Origin: a virus | Length of the DNA: 40,662 nucleotides | Strand: one strand, 5' to 3' | Virus record (IMG/VR): IMGVR_UViG_3300028599_000003 | Shown here: positions 1 to 11,554 of the stretch, piece after piece | Layout: each line of letters opens with the position of its first letter | Numbering within the stretch: position 1 is the stretch's first letter | Program-made: the position numbers and the translations under genes | The notes under the pieces: generated by a model | Told to the model about the DNA's origin: nothing | Seen by the model: the letters and a program-made list of their open reading frames with translations, nothing else | The model's database searches: none

Positions 1-105
1 AACTAGTTCAGCATTACCTATATTCATAAGTAATGTATTAATTTGATTTTGAAGATCTTTAACTTCTTCTAATTCCTTTTTAGAAATCTTTTTTGCTTTT
101 GCCAT
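1..105 (-). CDS. Hypothetical protein, N-terminal part (runs off window)
   Basis: ATG at 105, open to window edge: MAKAKKISKKELEEVKDLQNQINTLLMNIGNAELV; preceded by a TATCTTTG box at 137-144. Confidence 0.75.
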   Translation of the reverse strand, partial: MAKAKKISKKELEEVKDLQNQINTLLMNIGNAELV

Positions 106-136
106 TATAATTGGTTTTTAAAATTTGTATACTCTT

Positions 137-144
137 CAAAGATA
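137..144 (-). promoter_or_regulatory. Bacteroidota sigma70-type -7 box (TAnnTTTG)
   Basis: TATCTTTG on minus strand about 30 nt upstream of ATG at 105. Confidence 0.5.
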
Positions 145-159
145 ATGATATTTTAGAAA

Positions 160-591
160 CTACCAAGGAAGATCAACAACTAAATTTGTTTCAGGTAGTA
201 AATCTTTCTTAATTACATCCTGCATTCCTGTTATATAGTCATTACGTAAATACTTTACTAAGAATGTTTTTACATCATTTTTAGATAATGATTTATAATC
301 TTGCGTTGTTACAACTCCTTCATCAGTATCTTTTACAATATATGATCCATGTACAGTTACACTTTTCTTTTCATATGTTGATTTTAATGACTTAGGTATA
401 ACTAATGAACCTGTATAAGTAAATATTATTTCTTTTATCAAAGAGTTACCATCTGTCACTAAAGACTCTATATCAAAATAAAACCTTTGAGATAGCTGCT
501 CCTGTACTACAGGTGCCTCTACCTTTTTAATTACCTTTTTAGCTACCTTTTTAGCTACTACCTTCTTTTTAGTTGTTTTTTTCTTTTTCAT
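160..591 (-). CDS. Hypothetical tail-module protein with Lys-rich N-terminus
   Basis: 143 aa ORF directly downstream of fibre gene; KKKKTTKKKVVAKKVAKK N-terminus, ends LPW. Confidence 0.7.
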   Translation of the reverse strand: MKKKKTTKKKVVAKKVAKKVIKKVEAPVVQEQLSQRFYFDIESLVTDGNSLIKEIIFTYTGSLVIPKSLKSTYEKKSVTVHGSYIVKDTDEGVVTTQDYKSLSKNDVKTFLVKYLRNDYITGMQDVIKKDLLPETNLVVDLPW

Positions 592-611
592 AATAATGGT
601 TTTATAAATTA

Positions 612-3600
612 TTAAAATTCACAGTTACTTAATAATATACAAGTACTGGTTCCATCTTCAAAAGTTATACGTAAGAATGCAGTTTTACCTTCTGTAAAAA
701 ATTCTTGTGATTTTATTGTTGTTGACTTTCCATTCAAATAAATATCACCACCACCATCTTGACCGGGAGGACCCTGTGGTCCAGTGGCACCAGTAGCACC
801 AGTAGATCCCGTATTACCTTTAGAACCTGCAGGACCTTGTATTCCCTGCGGGCCTTGACTCCCTGTTGGACCAGTTAAACCTTGAGGTCCTCTTGATCCG
901 GTTGGTCCTTGACTACCTGTAGGTCCTTTATCACCTTGTGGTCCCTGTGGTCCTTGGCTTCCTGTAGCTCCAGTTAATCCAGTTGCACCCCTTGGTCCAG
1001 TGGCTCCTGTTGCACCCGGTGCTCCGTCATTTCCATCAGATCCATTAGTTCCGGCAGGTCCTTGAGAACCCGTATTTCCTTTAGCTCCAGCCGGACCCTG
1101 AGATCCTGTAGCACCTTGAATACCCTGAATACCTTGTGAACCGGTGTCTCCTTTAGGTCCTGTTAAACCTGTGGGATTACCAACCCAATCACCTTTAATA
1201 TTAATTACTTGATTACCATCTATAGCCACAGAACCAGCGTCAACAACTCCTTTAACTTTTAATTTACCGGAAGTTGTTAATGACATAGCACCATCATTAT
1301 TTCCCTGACCTTCATATTTCCAAACCCATCCACGGTCTGCATCATTATTCATTTGGAATACTGTAGCATAGTCATTTAAATAACCATAAGATTGACCGGA
1401 CACCATTCCTATACCATAAGTAGCTGAAGTACCCCAGAATCTATATTTACTTGCATTATCACCTGAATTAGTATAATGGTATGTTCCGCCATTAGGTCCT
1501 GCTGGACCTTGTGATCCAGTATCACCCTTTGCACCCTGTGATCCTGTGTCCCCTTTTGCTCCGGCTGCACCAGCAGATCCTGTTGCTCCTCTAGCTCCAG
1601 TATCTCCCTTAGCACCTGCTGCACCAGGATTTCCTTGTATACCTTGAAGACCTCTATCTCCAGTATCTCCTTTGGCTCCCGCTGCTCCAGCTGCTCCAGT
1701 TAATCCTTGTATCCCTTGTATACCTTGACTTCCTGTATCACCTTTGGCACCGGCAGCTCCTGCAGCTCCGGTAAGACCTCTAATACCTTGATCACCTTGA
1801 TCTCCCTTGGCACCAGCGGAACCTGTAACTCCTTGTATACCTTGTATACCCTGATCACCTTTAGGACCCTGCGGTCCTGTATTAGTTGGCATTGTTACAG
1901 AATTACTATCACTAATAGTAAGTGTTTGTCCTACTACGGATAATGTTTGCTTATCGGCACATATAGATACAGTCTGTGCTTCTGGATCAATTTCTACATT
2001 TGTTCCTTTACAACCTAAAATAGTTAAAGTATCATTGTTACCTTTAGCTACAATAGTAGCAATCCCATTAGTTACATTTTTAAATATATCTTGAGAAGAA
2101 CCTCTATCTGTATTTGTAATAGTAATAGTACCTCCACTAGTTGTAGAAGTCATTTCTGATTGTATACCACTACCTTGTGCTATTGTTAATGTTTCACCAT
2201 TTGTAACAGCTGTACTTTCTGTTCCATTTCCTTCTTTAATAGTCCATGAAGACATTGTTCCTTGTGGTACACTAAAAGATGTTGTTAAAGTACCACCATC
2301 TCTTTGTGTTAATGTTAAAGTCTTTGTTGAAGATCCACTATCAGAGAATCCTGTAATAGTATTATCATATGCAGAATTAGATTCTGCTGAACTACCACCA
2401 CTCCAAGTTACCGCACCACTAACAGTTAAAGCATTTGTACTGCCATTAAATGTTAATCCTGCATCACTTGTAATGTTAGATGAGCCATTCCAATATGCTA
2501 CTCTACCTGATGAACCACTACCTGTTACATTACCTACTTGAGTATTATCTATCTTCTGCCAAGCATCTGTAGCTTGATCAGAAAATACTGCCCAGTCACC
2601 TACTGCCCAGTCAGTAATACCATCTAAATTTGTATTACCTGCTGTAGATACAATATAATATTCACCTACATTTCCTATTCCAGTTTGCAGTGCTGGTAAA
2701 TTAGCAGATGCATTCCATGTTCCCATATATTTTAATACTCCTGTTACAGCTTTATCAATGGCTGCTGATATCTGAGCACCTGTTGCTAAATTAGTAGAAG
2801 TAGAAGTTACAATACCGGTATTTGGTGTCAACGTTACTGATGTTGTACCACTCTTAGTTAGTGTATTAGCATTACCAGTTGCAACACTTGTTACACCTGA
2901 ACTTGAGCTGGTACCTGCACCAATTAATGTTCTAACTTCTGCAGCACTAATTCCTGAATTAAGAGATGGAGTAGTTCCATTTGAAAGTATTGCTGGCACA
3001 CCAGTATCACTAACCTTAAGATTATTTTTACTAATATCTGATGCTTGACCACTTGTAATAGTTGTTGTATTACCAGCCATTGCAGTTGTAGAGGTAGTTC
3101 CAATTACTAAATTAGATGATCCATTACCTGTACCTGCCCCAATAAGATTTCTCATTTCTGAAGCTGATATTCCTGAGTTTAGTGAAGGAGTAGTACCATT
3201 AGATAAAACTGCTGGTGTTCCACTATCTGTTATTTTCTTATTGTTATTTGCAATATCTGTAGCTTGTTGAGCAGTGATAGTTGTAGTGTTACCTGCCATT
3301 GCAGTTGTTGATGTTGTACCAATAACTAAGTTAGAACTACCATTTCCTGTTCCTGCTCCTATAAGGGATCTTACCTCTGAGGCACTTATTCCTGTATTTA
3401 AAGTTGGACTTGTACCATCAGATAAAATTGCAGGTCTACCAGTATCCGGCAATGTATTAGTAATAGTTATAGTTCCACCACTACTTGTTGATGTCATCTC
3501 AGATGTAATACCTGTACCTTGAGCAATAGTAAAAGTCTCTCCGTTAGTAACAGCAGTTGACTCAGTACCATTACCTTCTTTTATTGTCCAAGAGCTCATG

Positions 3601-4118
3601 GATCCTGAACCTGTTCCAGCTCCAATTAATGACCTTACTTCTGCTCCAGTTACTCCGGAAGCTAAAGTTGGTGTACCTCCACCACTAAATATACCTGGCT
3701 CAGCATAAATAGTTGAACTATTAAACGCATTAGATCCAAATGTATATGTTTGATTTGTAGTACCACTAACACTAAACGTAAGTGTGTTACCTGATTTAGT
3801 TATACCATTAAGATAAAAGTTTGATGCAGAGGTTAAATATCTACCATCTAAATCTACTGTAAGATCTCCTAGACCTGAACGTGTCAATGTTAAAACTCCA
3901 TTTGTTGTATTAAAGCTAATACCTGATACATAATTATTTGTACCTGTTTTATCATCAACCCATTCTACAGTTGTACCTGTTGTACTAAGAATCTGACCTT
4001 TAGTACCAGCAGACCCTGAATGATCAAACAACCTACCACCTGTCCCTAAAGAAACAGTAGTATCTACAGTGTTACCTTCTAAAGATAATAATCTTTGTGA
4101 GCCAGTTATTGTTGCCAT
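612..4118 (-). CDS. Long tail fibre protein with internal repeats and two collagen-like (Gly-X-Y) segments
   Basis: 1168 aa, Gly/Ser/Thr-rich; [13 protein letters not shown]-type triplets; duplicated [22 protein letters not shown] module; four GxxPxLxSG(I/V)xxxE(V/M)RxLIGAGT repeats. Confidence 0.85.
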   Translation of the reverse strand: MATITGSQRLLSLEGNTVDTTVSLGTGGRLFDHSGSAGTKGQILSTTGTTVEWVDDKTGTNNYVSGISFNTTNGVLTLTRSGLGDLTVDLDGRYLTSASNFYLNGITKSGNTLTFSVSGTTNQTYTFGSNAFNSSTIYAEPGIFSGGGTPTLASGVTGAEVRSLIGAGTGSGSMSSWTIKEGNGTESTAVTNGETFTIAQGTGITSEMTSTSSGGTITITNTLPDTGRPAILSDGTSPTLNTGISASEVRSLIGAGTGNGSSNLVIGTTSTTAMAGNTTTITAQQATDIANNNKKITDSGTPAVLSNGTTPSLNSGISASEMRNLIGAGTGNGSSNLVIGTTSTTAMAGNTTTITSGQASDISKNNLKVSDTGVPAILSNGTTPSLNSGISAAEVRTLIGAGTSSSSGVTSVATGNANTLTKSGTTSVTLTPNTGIVTSTSTNLATGAQISAAIDKAVTGVLKYMGTWNASANLPALQTGIGNVGEYYIVSTAGNTNLDGITDWAVGDWAVFSDQATDAWQKIDNTQVGNVTGSGSSGRVAYWNGSSNITSDAGLTFNGSTNALTVSGAVTWSGGSSAESNSAYDNTITGFSDSGSSTKTLTLTQRDGGTLTTSFSVPQGTMSSWTIKEGNGTESTAVTNGETLTIAQGSGIQSEMTSTTSGGTITITNTDRGSSQDIFKNVTNGIATIVAKGNNDTLTILGCKGTNVEIDPEAQTVSICADKQTLSVVGQTLTISDSNSVTMPTNTGPQGPKGDQGIQGIQGVTGSAGAKGDQGDQGIRGLTGAAGAAGAKGDTGSQGIQGIQGLTGAAGAAGAKGDTGDRGLQGIQGNPGAAGAKGDTGARGATGSAGAAGAKGDTGSQGAKGDTGSQGPAGPNGGTYHYTNSGDNASKYRFWGTSATYGIGMVSGQSYGYLNDYATVFQMNNDADRGWVWKYEGQGNNDGAMSLTTSGKLKVKGVVDAGSVAIDGNQVINIKGDWVGNPTGLTGPKGDTGSQGIQGIQGATGSQGPAGAKGNTGSQGPAGTNGSDGNDGAPGATGATGPRGATGLTGATGSQGPQGPQGDKGPTGSQGPTGSRGPQGLTGPTGSQGPQGIQGPAGSKGNTGSTGATGATGPQGPPGQDGGGDIYLNGKSTTIKSQEFFTEGKTAFLRITFEDGTSTCILLSNCEF

Positions 4119-4119
4119 A

Positions 4120-5865
4120 TTATTTCTTTTTTCCTCTTAATTTAAACTTAGTCATTTTTTGTTTAATTGCAGGATCCATTTCTGCTGCATACTTAGTTCC
4201 AAACAGTATAAAATCTTCTGTATCACTCATCTTATATGCATTTTTAGATATATCACCTGATGCAGATATTTTTACTAAAAGCTTATCCCCTTGTTTTGAA
4301 AATGTATGCTCTCCCGTATCTGTTCCTGAATATATTTCCCACGTTACTCCATCATCATTAGATACATAGTAACTAAGTGTACATCCATTAGGAACAAAAT
4401 AATCTACTCTATTCCAAAAAATAAAATCAATAGACGCAGAATTATCTAATGTATAAGGACCATATACCACTTCCCAATCAGGAAAAAAATGATTAGCATA
4501 TTTTGCATCCCAAATTCTAAAACCATGCCCATCGTATCCATAACCCATCTGAATCCACCATTCTTCACCATTTGTTGAATACATTCTAGTAATGTTACAG
4601 CCATAATCAGCTCTATAAGATCTACCCCTTCCTTCTGATGTAGTATCTTCAACAACTGTATCATGTCTACGTAATGCAACATACCTGTTATTATCTGGAT
4701 CTAAGAATCCTGGTATCATAGCTCCACCTCTATCTGCTGCAGTAGGGATAAAATTAGGATGACCAATCATCTTATCAGTTGGTTGACCACCTTGAACATC
4801 TTGATACTTTGTGCCTGCCCTCATTAAAATAGCATAATTATTACCAGGATTAGTACCACCTTCATATGTAATCTGTAAAACTGTTACTTTTGTCCCAGTA
4901 AAACACGGTGTTACATCAACTAGACTATGCCTACCAGCTGCCCCAACCCAAAATATATTTGGTTCATTTATTGGATCAGGTATAAACCATCCTTGTTCAT
5001 ATCCATCATCTCCTTGTCCTGCATCACCCATATCAACATAAACTGATTTAGGATTAGCTGTTGATGCATCTAGTATCAAAGAAAAATTTGCATTATGATA
5101 ATAAGCATATAATATTCTGTCATTTATTGAATCATACATAATCCAACCTCTATATCCATTTCTATCTACAGGTGCTGAACCTTCAAGCATTATGTTTCCT
5201 GCTGTTGCATCCATATACAATCTTTCTTCAACACCAGTCTTCATATTTCTACGCATGCATCTTTTATAATGTCTTGCATCATAGTCAGATGCATATGCCC
5301 ATTCTCCTGCTGCACATAAGCCTCCTACATAATATAACCCTGTGCTTTCTACATAACCTCCACCAGTATCTTGTGATCCTATATATATTTGAGGATTACT
5401 GTGTGTTGGTCTTGGGTCTTTAACAAAGGTTGATCCTCCATTCATAAGACCGCTGTAGTCAAATGTAGTATAGCCATTAACATTATAAGTCATAACTACA
5501 CCTTTCTTATTTTTTTTATCAATACAAATAGATTGAATGTGGTTGTATGTACTACCTGAGTCTCTCCATAGAAAATTAGAATCAAAAAACAACCTAGTCA
5601 TTGAGCCATCATCATTAAGTCTGCGTACTGCAAACCCGTCACCCCAACCTACTGTAAAAAGCAAGTCACCATCTATTTCATAAGCAGTTGTATAACCGAT
5701 AAGTCTATCTCCACCATCATATTCACCACCACCTGAAGACACAGTAACATTACTCATACCTCTTTTAGTTACAGGTACAATAGCAACTTGCCCACTATAA
5801 TTATTAGAGGCACACCCTACAATGGACTTTATATTACTTTTACTTACGTTAGTTGCTTTAAACAT
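4120..5865 (-). CDS. Putative virion/receptor-binding protein (beta-rich, possibly propeller)
   Basis: 581 aa between fibre genes; aromatic/Gly-rich beta-strand pattern; C-terminal [12 protein letters not shown] Asp-box-like motif. Confidence 0.5.
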   Translation of the reverse strand: MFKATNVSKSNIKSIVGCASNNYSGQVAIVPVTKRGMSNVTVSSGGGEYDGGDRLIGYTTAYEIDGDLLFTVGWGDGFAVRRLNDDGSMTRLFFDSNFLWRDSGSTYNHIQSICIDKKNKKGVVMTYNVNGYTTFDYSGLMNGGSTFVKDPRPTHSNPQIYIGSQDTGGGYVESTGLYYVGGLCAAGEWAYASDYDARHYKRCMRRNMKTGVEERLYMDATAGNIMLEGSAPVDRNGYRGWIMYDSINDRILYAYYHNANFSLILDASTANPKSVYVDMGDAGQGDDGYEQGWFIPDPINEPNIFWVGAAGRHSLVDVTPCFTGTKVTVLQITYEGGTNPGNNYAILMRAGTKYQDVQGGQPTDKMIGHPNFIPTAADRGGAMIPGFLDPDNNRYVALRRHDTVVEDTTSEGRGRSYRADYGCNITRMYSTNGEEWWIQMGYGYDGHGFRIWDAKYANHFFPDWEVVYGPYTLDNSASIDFIFWNRVDYFVPNGCTLSYYVSNDDGVTWEIYSGTDTGEHTFSKQGDKLLVKISASGDISKNAYKMSDTEDFILFGTKYAAEMDPAIKQKMTKFKLRGKKK

Positions 5866-6026
5866 TCTTGTATTTCAAATTGTAACATTTTAATCATACT
5901 ATCATTAGAACCTGCAGGAGCTACGTTTACCATATTTAACTCTTCAGCTAATGCTTCTTCAAATTCAGCTAGACAGTCTAACCAGTACTGTCTATCATCT
6001 GTTGTTTCAGTTCCTCTTTCTGACAT
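5844..6026 (-). CDS. Small acidic hypothetical protein
   Basis: 60 aa, tightly packed between 7596-6028 and 5865-4120 genes. Confidence 0.65.
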   Translation of the reverse strand: MSERGTETTDDRQYWLDCLAEFEEALAEELNMVNVAPAGSNDSMIKMLQFEIQECLKQLT

Positions 6027-6027
6027 C

Positions 6028-7596
6028 TTATGTTGTTATTACTTCCACCCAAAACTGATGAAAATTTCTACTTGCTCCTACATTATGCATGTAAGATGAA
6101 TTCATTCCACTATAAACTAATAATGCATTACTTCTTGATAATGCAGCTTTTGTAGGTTGTGAGTCCATATATATTTCTATATGGTCTATAAACCTTGATA
6201 AAGGTAAATCATATTGAACATAATATGCAGATGGTAACTGTATTACTGACATATTGATCACAGACAGTACACCTGAACTATATGCTTGACTTACTAAAGT
6301 AGGACTTGAATATATACCTTCTTTAACAGCATACACTCTATATGACATTGTACCACTAGTATTAAATGTAGTGTCTACAATAGTCATTGTACTAGCAAAA
6401 TCATCTTGTGGTACTTGACCTATAATACCAAAATCTGCACCATCATCTGATGACCAAACTTGATAGTAATCTATACTACTTGTTGATGATTTACCAAATA
6501 TAACTTCTATTGTTTGACCAACTACTGAAGCTGATACATTGGAAGGAGCACCTGGCATTGGAGGTCTATAATTGCTTATAGCATTATCTACATATGTTTT
6601 ACTTGTTGCATCTGTACCAGATGAAACTGTGTCTACACCTTGTATTCTTCCTGTACCACCAAGAGTAATATCACCACCTGATACTATTATATCATTGGCA
6701 AAAGTAGAATTACCACTTGTGTCATTTATTGTTGTTGTTTTTCTATTTGCCCATCCAGTATTCCAGTTATCAGGAGAAGAGTTTATCTGCAATCCTGATT
6801 CAGCATTTATATAAAGAAATTCATTTGTTTGTCCTGTTGCTACAGAATATGCTTCACCTGCATTTAATACAAGTTGTTGTCCACCACCTCTAAGATAACC
6901 GTTAAATTGTGTGTTACTTGTAAATGTTTTGACACCACCTATTGATTGTGTGCCTGAAGTTCTTACTACGGTGCTATCTACTTCAATTGTACCTGTTGAG
7001 GTTATTGTACCACCTGTAATACCGTTTGTAGTAGCTATAGAAGTAACACCTGAGCTTGTAACATATCTTCCGTCAAGATCAACTGTTACTGCACTAAGAC
7101 CAGATCTATTAAGTGTTAATACACCATTAGATGTACTAAAAGATGCAGAACTTAAATAATAATTTGTTGTTGTATCTTTAGAAATAATCTCAATAGTATC
7201 TGTAGAAACATCTGTCTTTATTGTAATGTTAGCACCTGCCTTAAATGTAAGTGTATCATTATTATTATCTGCAACAATATCAGATTGACCAGCTGCTGCA
7301 ATATTTTTAAATATGTTTTGAGCTGAACCTCTATCACTGTTTGATAAAGTTATTGTACCACTTGTTGTTATTGTTCCTGTACCAGATAAACCATTAGAAC
7401 CCGTAACAGTAACTGAGGTTATAGTACCTGTTCCACTTCCTGCACCAATATCAGATAAAAGTTGTGCTTTAGTTCTATACTTCAATGCTGAACCATCCCA
7501 TACTAATATACCAGTATACGTACTATTATCATTACCTATACTAGTAACACTAGATGATCCATTTATTTCTATTGAAGATAAAAAACTTATAGCCAT
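6028..7596 (-). CDS. Tail fibre-like protein with C-terminal fibronectin type III-like domain
   Basis: 522 aa Thr/Ser/Gly-rich; shares [21 protein letters not shown] and DRGSxQxIFKN modules with the 1168 aa fibre; PGAPSNVSAS...YYQVW...YRVYAV Fn3 pattern. Confidence 0.75.
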   Translation of the reverse strand: MAISFLSSIEINGSSSVTSIGNDNSTYTGILVWDGSALKYRTKAQLLSDIGAGSGTGTITSVTVTGSNGLSGTGTITTSGTITLSNSDRGSAQNIFKNIAAAGQSDIVADNNNDTLTFKAGANITIKTDVSTDTIEIISKDTTTNYYLSSASFSTSNGVLTLNRSGLSAVTVDLDGRYVTSSGVTSIATTNGITGGTITSTGTIEVDSTVVRTSGTQSIGGVKTFTSNTQFNGYLRGGGQQLVLNAGEAYSVATGQTNEFLYINAESGLQINSSPDNWNTGWANRKTTTINDTSGNSTFANDIIVSGGDITLGGTGRIQGVDTVSSGTDATSKTYVDNAISNYRPPMPGAPSNVSASVVGQTIEVIFGKSSTSSIDYYQVWSSDDGADFGIIGQVPQDDFASTMTIVDTTFNTSGTMSYRVYAVKEGIYSSPTLVSQAYSSGVLSVINMSVIQLPSAYYVQYDLPLSRFIDHIEIYMDSQPTKAALSRSNALLVYSGMNSSYMHNVGASRNFHQFWVEVITT

Positions 7597-7632
7597 GACA
7601 TTTTATTCTTTGTTTGCAATATACGTATTTTT

Positions 7633-7679
7633 AAAAAAAAGGGGAAACACTAAATTCTAGATTTAAATGCTTCCCCTTT
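7633..7679 (-). terminator. Intrinsic terminator
   Basis: Minus strand AAAGGGGAAGCA...TGTTTCCCC followed by a T run, just after stop of 7695-10097. Confidence 0.7.
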
Positions 7680-7694
7680 AAATTCTACTCTTTA

Positions 7695-10097
7695 TTATCC
7701 TACAAGTTGCATTACTACTGTAATATTATTTGCACCTAAATTACTAGTTGCAGTAAATGTTACAGTTCCCGTTGTTTGATCAGCAAGAACATCCATAAAT
7801 ACCTGTCCACCTTTACTATCATAAGTTTGAATAATCCAAGGTCCGTTAGCTAATCCATGAACACCTGTTGCAATTGAAAAGGTGTTTGTATTAGTTGCTG
7901 GATAAGTACCTGTGTATGATCTTTTAGATTGAGCACTTGCTAATGTTGCTGGTGTTACATATCTAAATGTATCTGTTCCTGCATCTACTTCAGTTTGTGT
8001 TGCAATCTCTGTAACACCAACTGATCCTGTTGCAGCATTAGGTAATGTTCTTTTACTCATTGATGTAATAACACCATCAGTAACATTAATCTGATCTACA
8101 ACATCTACATTACTTGTATCAAGATCTGTACTAGTACCAATCTCTTTGTTAAATGTACTTGCTAGTTGAGCATCACTAATTCCACCTGCTTTAACAGTAA
8201 TGAATCCAGTTGCTGTACCAGCAAAAGTTGCACTACTAAATCCAGCAACACCTTTTTCAGTTGCTCCATCTGTAGCACCTACACCCGCAATGTTTTGATC
8301 TTGTATTACTATAGCATAATCTGAAGCTGGAGGATTAGAACTTGCTGCAATTGTTTGATTAGCATAAATTGTATCACCAACCTCTACTGCTACCGTGCTT
8401 CCATTAAATGTTATAGTACCATCTTTAGTAACAACAAAGAAATCACCCGTTGTAAGAGCAATATTACTTGCTCCTGCTATTGCTGGTGAGTTTGTAGATG
8501 CATCATATCCACCTTGGAATACACCAACTCCGGCTACAAGTGCTTGTACTTGTCCTAAGTTAACACCATCTGTGCCTGCAGTACCTGATGCTACACTAGT
8601 TAATTTTTCCCCACCTATACTTAAAGAAGCAGTTGGAGTTCCAAGTACATTAAGTGGTATGTCTACTAAGGGTGCTTCTACAACTGCTCCTCCAGCACTA
8701 TCATCACCTAATAAGATTTTATCATCTGATTCTGCAAAACCGCTATGTCCACCTGCAGAAGCAACTATACCAGCTGCAGAGTAATCAACTTCTACATTAG
8801 GTACTGTTGTTGCTGTTCCTGTTACTTTAGCTCCATTTGATGCAGTAACGCTAGTAACTGTACCAACTGTGTAAGTTCCTAAAGTTAAATCACCCAATAT
8901 TACTTGAGAAGAAGAACCTGCTCCAGCAATATTAATTGTACCTGAAGTAGTAATAGGACCTCCAGTAATTGTTAATGCATTACCTGTTTCAGTAATTTCT
9001 ATACTTGTTACACCTGATCCAGAGTCATTAACCCATTCTACTACACCCGTTGAAGAAACAGCAAGTCTTTGCCCGTTTCCACCAATTCCTAATGTAGCTA
9101 ATGAATTTGCAGCATCTGAAAATAATATATCTCCTTTAGTATATGATGATTTACCTGTACCACCATTTGCTTCAGTTAATGTACCAGCTAGTGTAATTGT
9201 TCCACTAGTTGTAATAGGACCACCACTTGTTGTTAAACCTGTAGTTCCACCACTTACATCAATAGAAGTTACAGAACCTGCACCTGCATTGATATAAGTT
9301 GCAACTTGAGATAAGTTTGCAAATTTAGCATTGCTATCTTTACTATCAGAAAATATAACTTTATCTATTGCTTGTAATGTAACAGCTGTTCCATCTGCTG
9401 CTGCTAATACAACGTTATCTGTACCTGCATAATCAACTGCTAATGTTCCAGCTCCTGTAACAGGACCACCAGTTAAACCAGCTCCAGATCCTACAGAAGT
9501 TACTGTACCATCTTTTCCAAAACCAGGAAACTTACCTAGTTGTTCATAATAGATAGTTTGATCATCTGCTGCAGAGTACCATAGAAAGTCTTCATCTGTA
9601 ATTACTCGTTGAGTTGTTGCTAAAATAGCATTTGCTGCACCTGAATATGCAATGTTTACTGTTGGAGTATCTGTTGTTTTTCCGGTTACACTAATACCTG
9701 TTCCAGAAGATACATCAGTTACTGTACCATCAAACTCATCATTTGATGTAACTGTTAGTGTATTACCAGATCTAGTTACAGTTGTTGTACCAGCTCCTAC
9801 TATTAATACATCATCATTAGTTCCGTCTGATCCAACAAGTCTTACACCTGCTGTTCCATTTGTTGAACCAACACCTGATAAATCATAAGTTGTGTCACCA
9901 TCTGCACCTGTTGTTATATCAACCCATGCACTACCATCATATAACTTTAGATTATTTGATGTTGAATTATAATATATTTTACCAGCTACTCCTGTTGGGT
10001 CGGCCCCAAGAGGTTGAATTATTACATTCTGAAGCTGGTTACTGTTCAGGTTAATATTACCTGAGACATTTAAACCCGTTAGAAATTGTACTGCCAT
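7695..10097 (-). CDS. Tail fibre/spike-like structural protein
   Basis: 800 aa Gly/Thr/Ser-rich with repeated GTVTSV...G(L/I)TGGPITTSGTI motifs typical of phage fibres. Confidence 0.75.
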   Translation of the reverse strand: MAVQFLTGLNVSGNINLNSNQLQNVIIQPLGADPTGVAGKIYYNSTSNNLKLYDGSAWVDITTGADGDTTYDLSGVGSTNGTAGVRLVGSDGTNDDVLIVGAGTTTVTRSGNTLTVTSNDEFDGTVTDVSSGTGISVTGKTTDTPTVNIAYSGAANAILATTQRVITDEDFLWYSAADDQTIYYEQLGKFPGFGKDGTVTSVGSGAGLTGGPVTGAGTLAVDYAGTDNVVLAAADGTAVTLQAIDKVIFSDSKDSNAKFANLSQVATYINAGAGSVTSIDVSGGTTGLTTSGGPITTSGTITLAGTLTEANGGTGKSSYTKGDILFSDAANSLATLGIGGNGQRLAVSSTGVVEWVNDSGSGVTSIEITETGNALTITGGPITTSGTINIAGAGSSSQVILGDLTLGTYTVGTVTSVTASNGAKVTGTATTVPNVEVDYSAAGIVASAGGHSGFAESDDKILLGDDSAGGAVVEAPLVDIPLNVLGTPTASLSIGGEKLTSVASGTAGTDGVNLGQVQALVAGVGVFQGGYDASTNSPAIAGASNIALTTGDFFVVTKDGTITFNGSTVAVEVGDTIYANQTIAASSNPPASDYAIVIQDQNIAGVGATDGATEKGVAGFSSATFAGTATGFITVKAGGISDAQLASTFNKEIGTSTDLDTSNVDVVDQINVTDGVITSMSKRTLPNAATGSVGVTEIATQTEVDAGTDTFRYVTPATLASAQSKRSYTGTYPATNTNTFSIATGVHGLANGPWIIQTYDSKGGQVFMDVLADQTTGTVTFTATSNLGANNITVVMQLVG

Positions 10098-10125
10098 TAT
10101 TTTATTTATTTAGTTGTTATTATAT

Positions 10126-10668
10126 TTAATTTAAAAAGACACATCCTGAAAAAGATGCAGCAAATGTTATTTTTAATTGTTGTGAACTTATATATTCTAC
10201 ATTACCTACTACTACTGTATTTGCACTATCTACTACTGTTACGGAAGGATACTCTCCTAAGTTATGTGTAACTGTCCAAATAGATGACGCTACTTCAAAA
10301 CATTCTGTATATGTACCTTGATCTGCTAATACTCCTTCTAGGTCAAGTATTGTACAAACACTACTTGGTGTCTCAGGACAACTTACACTTGCTTTTAAGT
10401 TAATCTTTGCTAAAGGTTCTACAAATACCCCGGCTGTTTCTGTTGCAGCTACTACTTTATTACTAGATGCATTTTGCCAATCACATAAATCTTTTCTAAT
10501 AACTGCTAATTCCATATCTGTGTAACAGCATGCTTCAATGCCAAATCTAATAGATTGAAAATTTGCATATACTTGTTTTGCAAATGTTTGTTCTACATTT
10601 ATTTGTTTTAGTAGTGCAAGTTCTTTTACTTTTTCAGCATTAGAATAAGATCTTATTGCTTTAGCCAT
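10126..10668 (-). CDS. Putative structural (tail hub/fibre-docking) protein
   Basis: 180 aa; C-terminal WTVTHNLGEYPSVTVVD...LKITF domain resembles C-terminus of the 800 aa fibre; position in virion module. Confidence 0.55.
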   Translation of the reverse strand: MAKAIRSYSNAEKVKELALLKQINVEQTFAKQVYANFQSIRFGIEACCYTDMELAVIRKDLCDWQNASSNKVVAATETAGVFVEPLAKINLKASVSCPETPSSVCTILDLEGVLADQGTYTECFEVASSIWTVTHNLGEYPSVTVVDSANTVVVGNVEYISSQQLKITFAASFSGCVFLN

Positions 10669-10669
10669 A

Positions 10670-10849
10670 TTATTTATTTCTTAAATCTTGTATCTGTTGC
10701 CTAGCCAATTCTCTATTCAAATTACTTGAGGTAGATACATCTGCTTCAGCTTTTGTTTTACATTGTTTACATACAATAACTCCATTACCTAATGAAGCTT
10801 TTTGACATCCACAAGTAAATTGTTTATTACAGTGAGCACAGTTTGCCAT
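10670..10849 (-). CDS. Small Cys-rich (putative metal-binding) protein, absent from ORF track
   Basis: 59 aa MANCAHCNKQFTCGCQKASLGNGVIVCKQCKTKAE...LRNK; fills the gap between flanking genes. Confidence 0.75.
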   Translation of the reverse strand: MANCAHCNKQFTCGCQKASLGNGVIVCKQCKTKAEADVSTSSNLNRELARQQIQDLRNK

Positions 10850-10861
10850 TTCTTTTTGGTT

Positions 10862-11437
10862 TTACATTAAATATTTTGAACTAGATCCACAGTCTCCTGA
10901 TGGACAAGATATTTTATTTAGTCTACTTTTAGCATAGTTATAAAGTTGCATACCATGTGCAGCAGATTGACAATATTCTACATTGGCAACAGCAGCATCA
11001 ATAACAGTTCTTATATAACTCATTTCAGCCAATAGTGATTGTTTTTCTGAATCTGGCTGACAAGCTTGAACTTCTAAATCACATAATACTTCATAATAAG
11101 TAGTTAGTAATCTAGTTACTCTTAAATGATTATATTCTACATAAACTTTAGAGTTAGGTGATACACTATACTTAATAATATAAACACCATCAGGAATCTT
11201 TTCTTGTGTAGTTCCACAACCGGTAGTTTGCAAAGCCATTGTACATGCCGTAAGACACATATCAAAATCTTTATCAACCTTTATAAGAACAGGAACACTA
11301 AAGCCTGGGAGAGTAATTAATAACTCTTCACAATCCACAGCAAGCTCTGAACTATATTGACTTGTATCTTTAATACATAGTAAATCACAGTTGGATACTG
11401 TGGGTATTTCTAAACTTAATATATGTTTGCTTGCCAT
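10862..11437 (-). CDS. Cys-rich putative structural protein (tail hub-like by position)
   Basis: 191 aa, 11 Cys, IPDGVYIIKYSV motif; in virion module. Confidence 0.55.
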   Translation of the reverse strand: MASKHILSLEIPTVSNCDLLCIKDTSQYSSELAVDCEELLITLPGFSVPVLIKVDKDFDMCLTACTMALQTTGCGTTQEKIPDGVYIIKYSVSPNSKVYVEYNHLRVTRLLTTYYEVLCDLEVQACQPDSEKQSLLAEMSYIRTVIDAAVANVEYCQSAAHGMQLYNYAKSRLNKISCPSGDCGSSSKYLM

Positions 11438-11496
11438 TTTTTAGTACTTTATTACACTATATAGATAATATACAAAAAATAACAGACAATATAAAA

Positions 11497-11527
11497 TAAA
11501 AAGAGCAGGAGATTTCTCCCCTGCTCA
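11497..11527 (-). terminator. Intrinsic terminator
   Basis: GAGCAGG...CCTGCTC hairpin followed by TTTTATTTT on minus strand after 11555-12757. Confidence 0.7.
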
Positions 11528-11554
11528 ATTATTTCAACTATAAAGTCTTAGAGT

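Noticed and set aside
612-10097. Diversity-generating retroelement target/template repeats in the fibres
   Set aside because: No reverse transcriptase in the window; the repeats are intragenic and differ at synonymous sites, not specifically at adenines.
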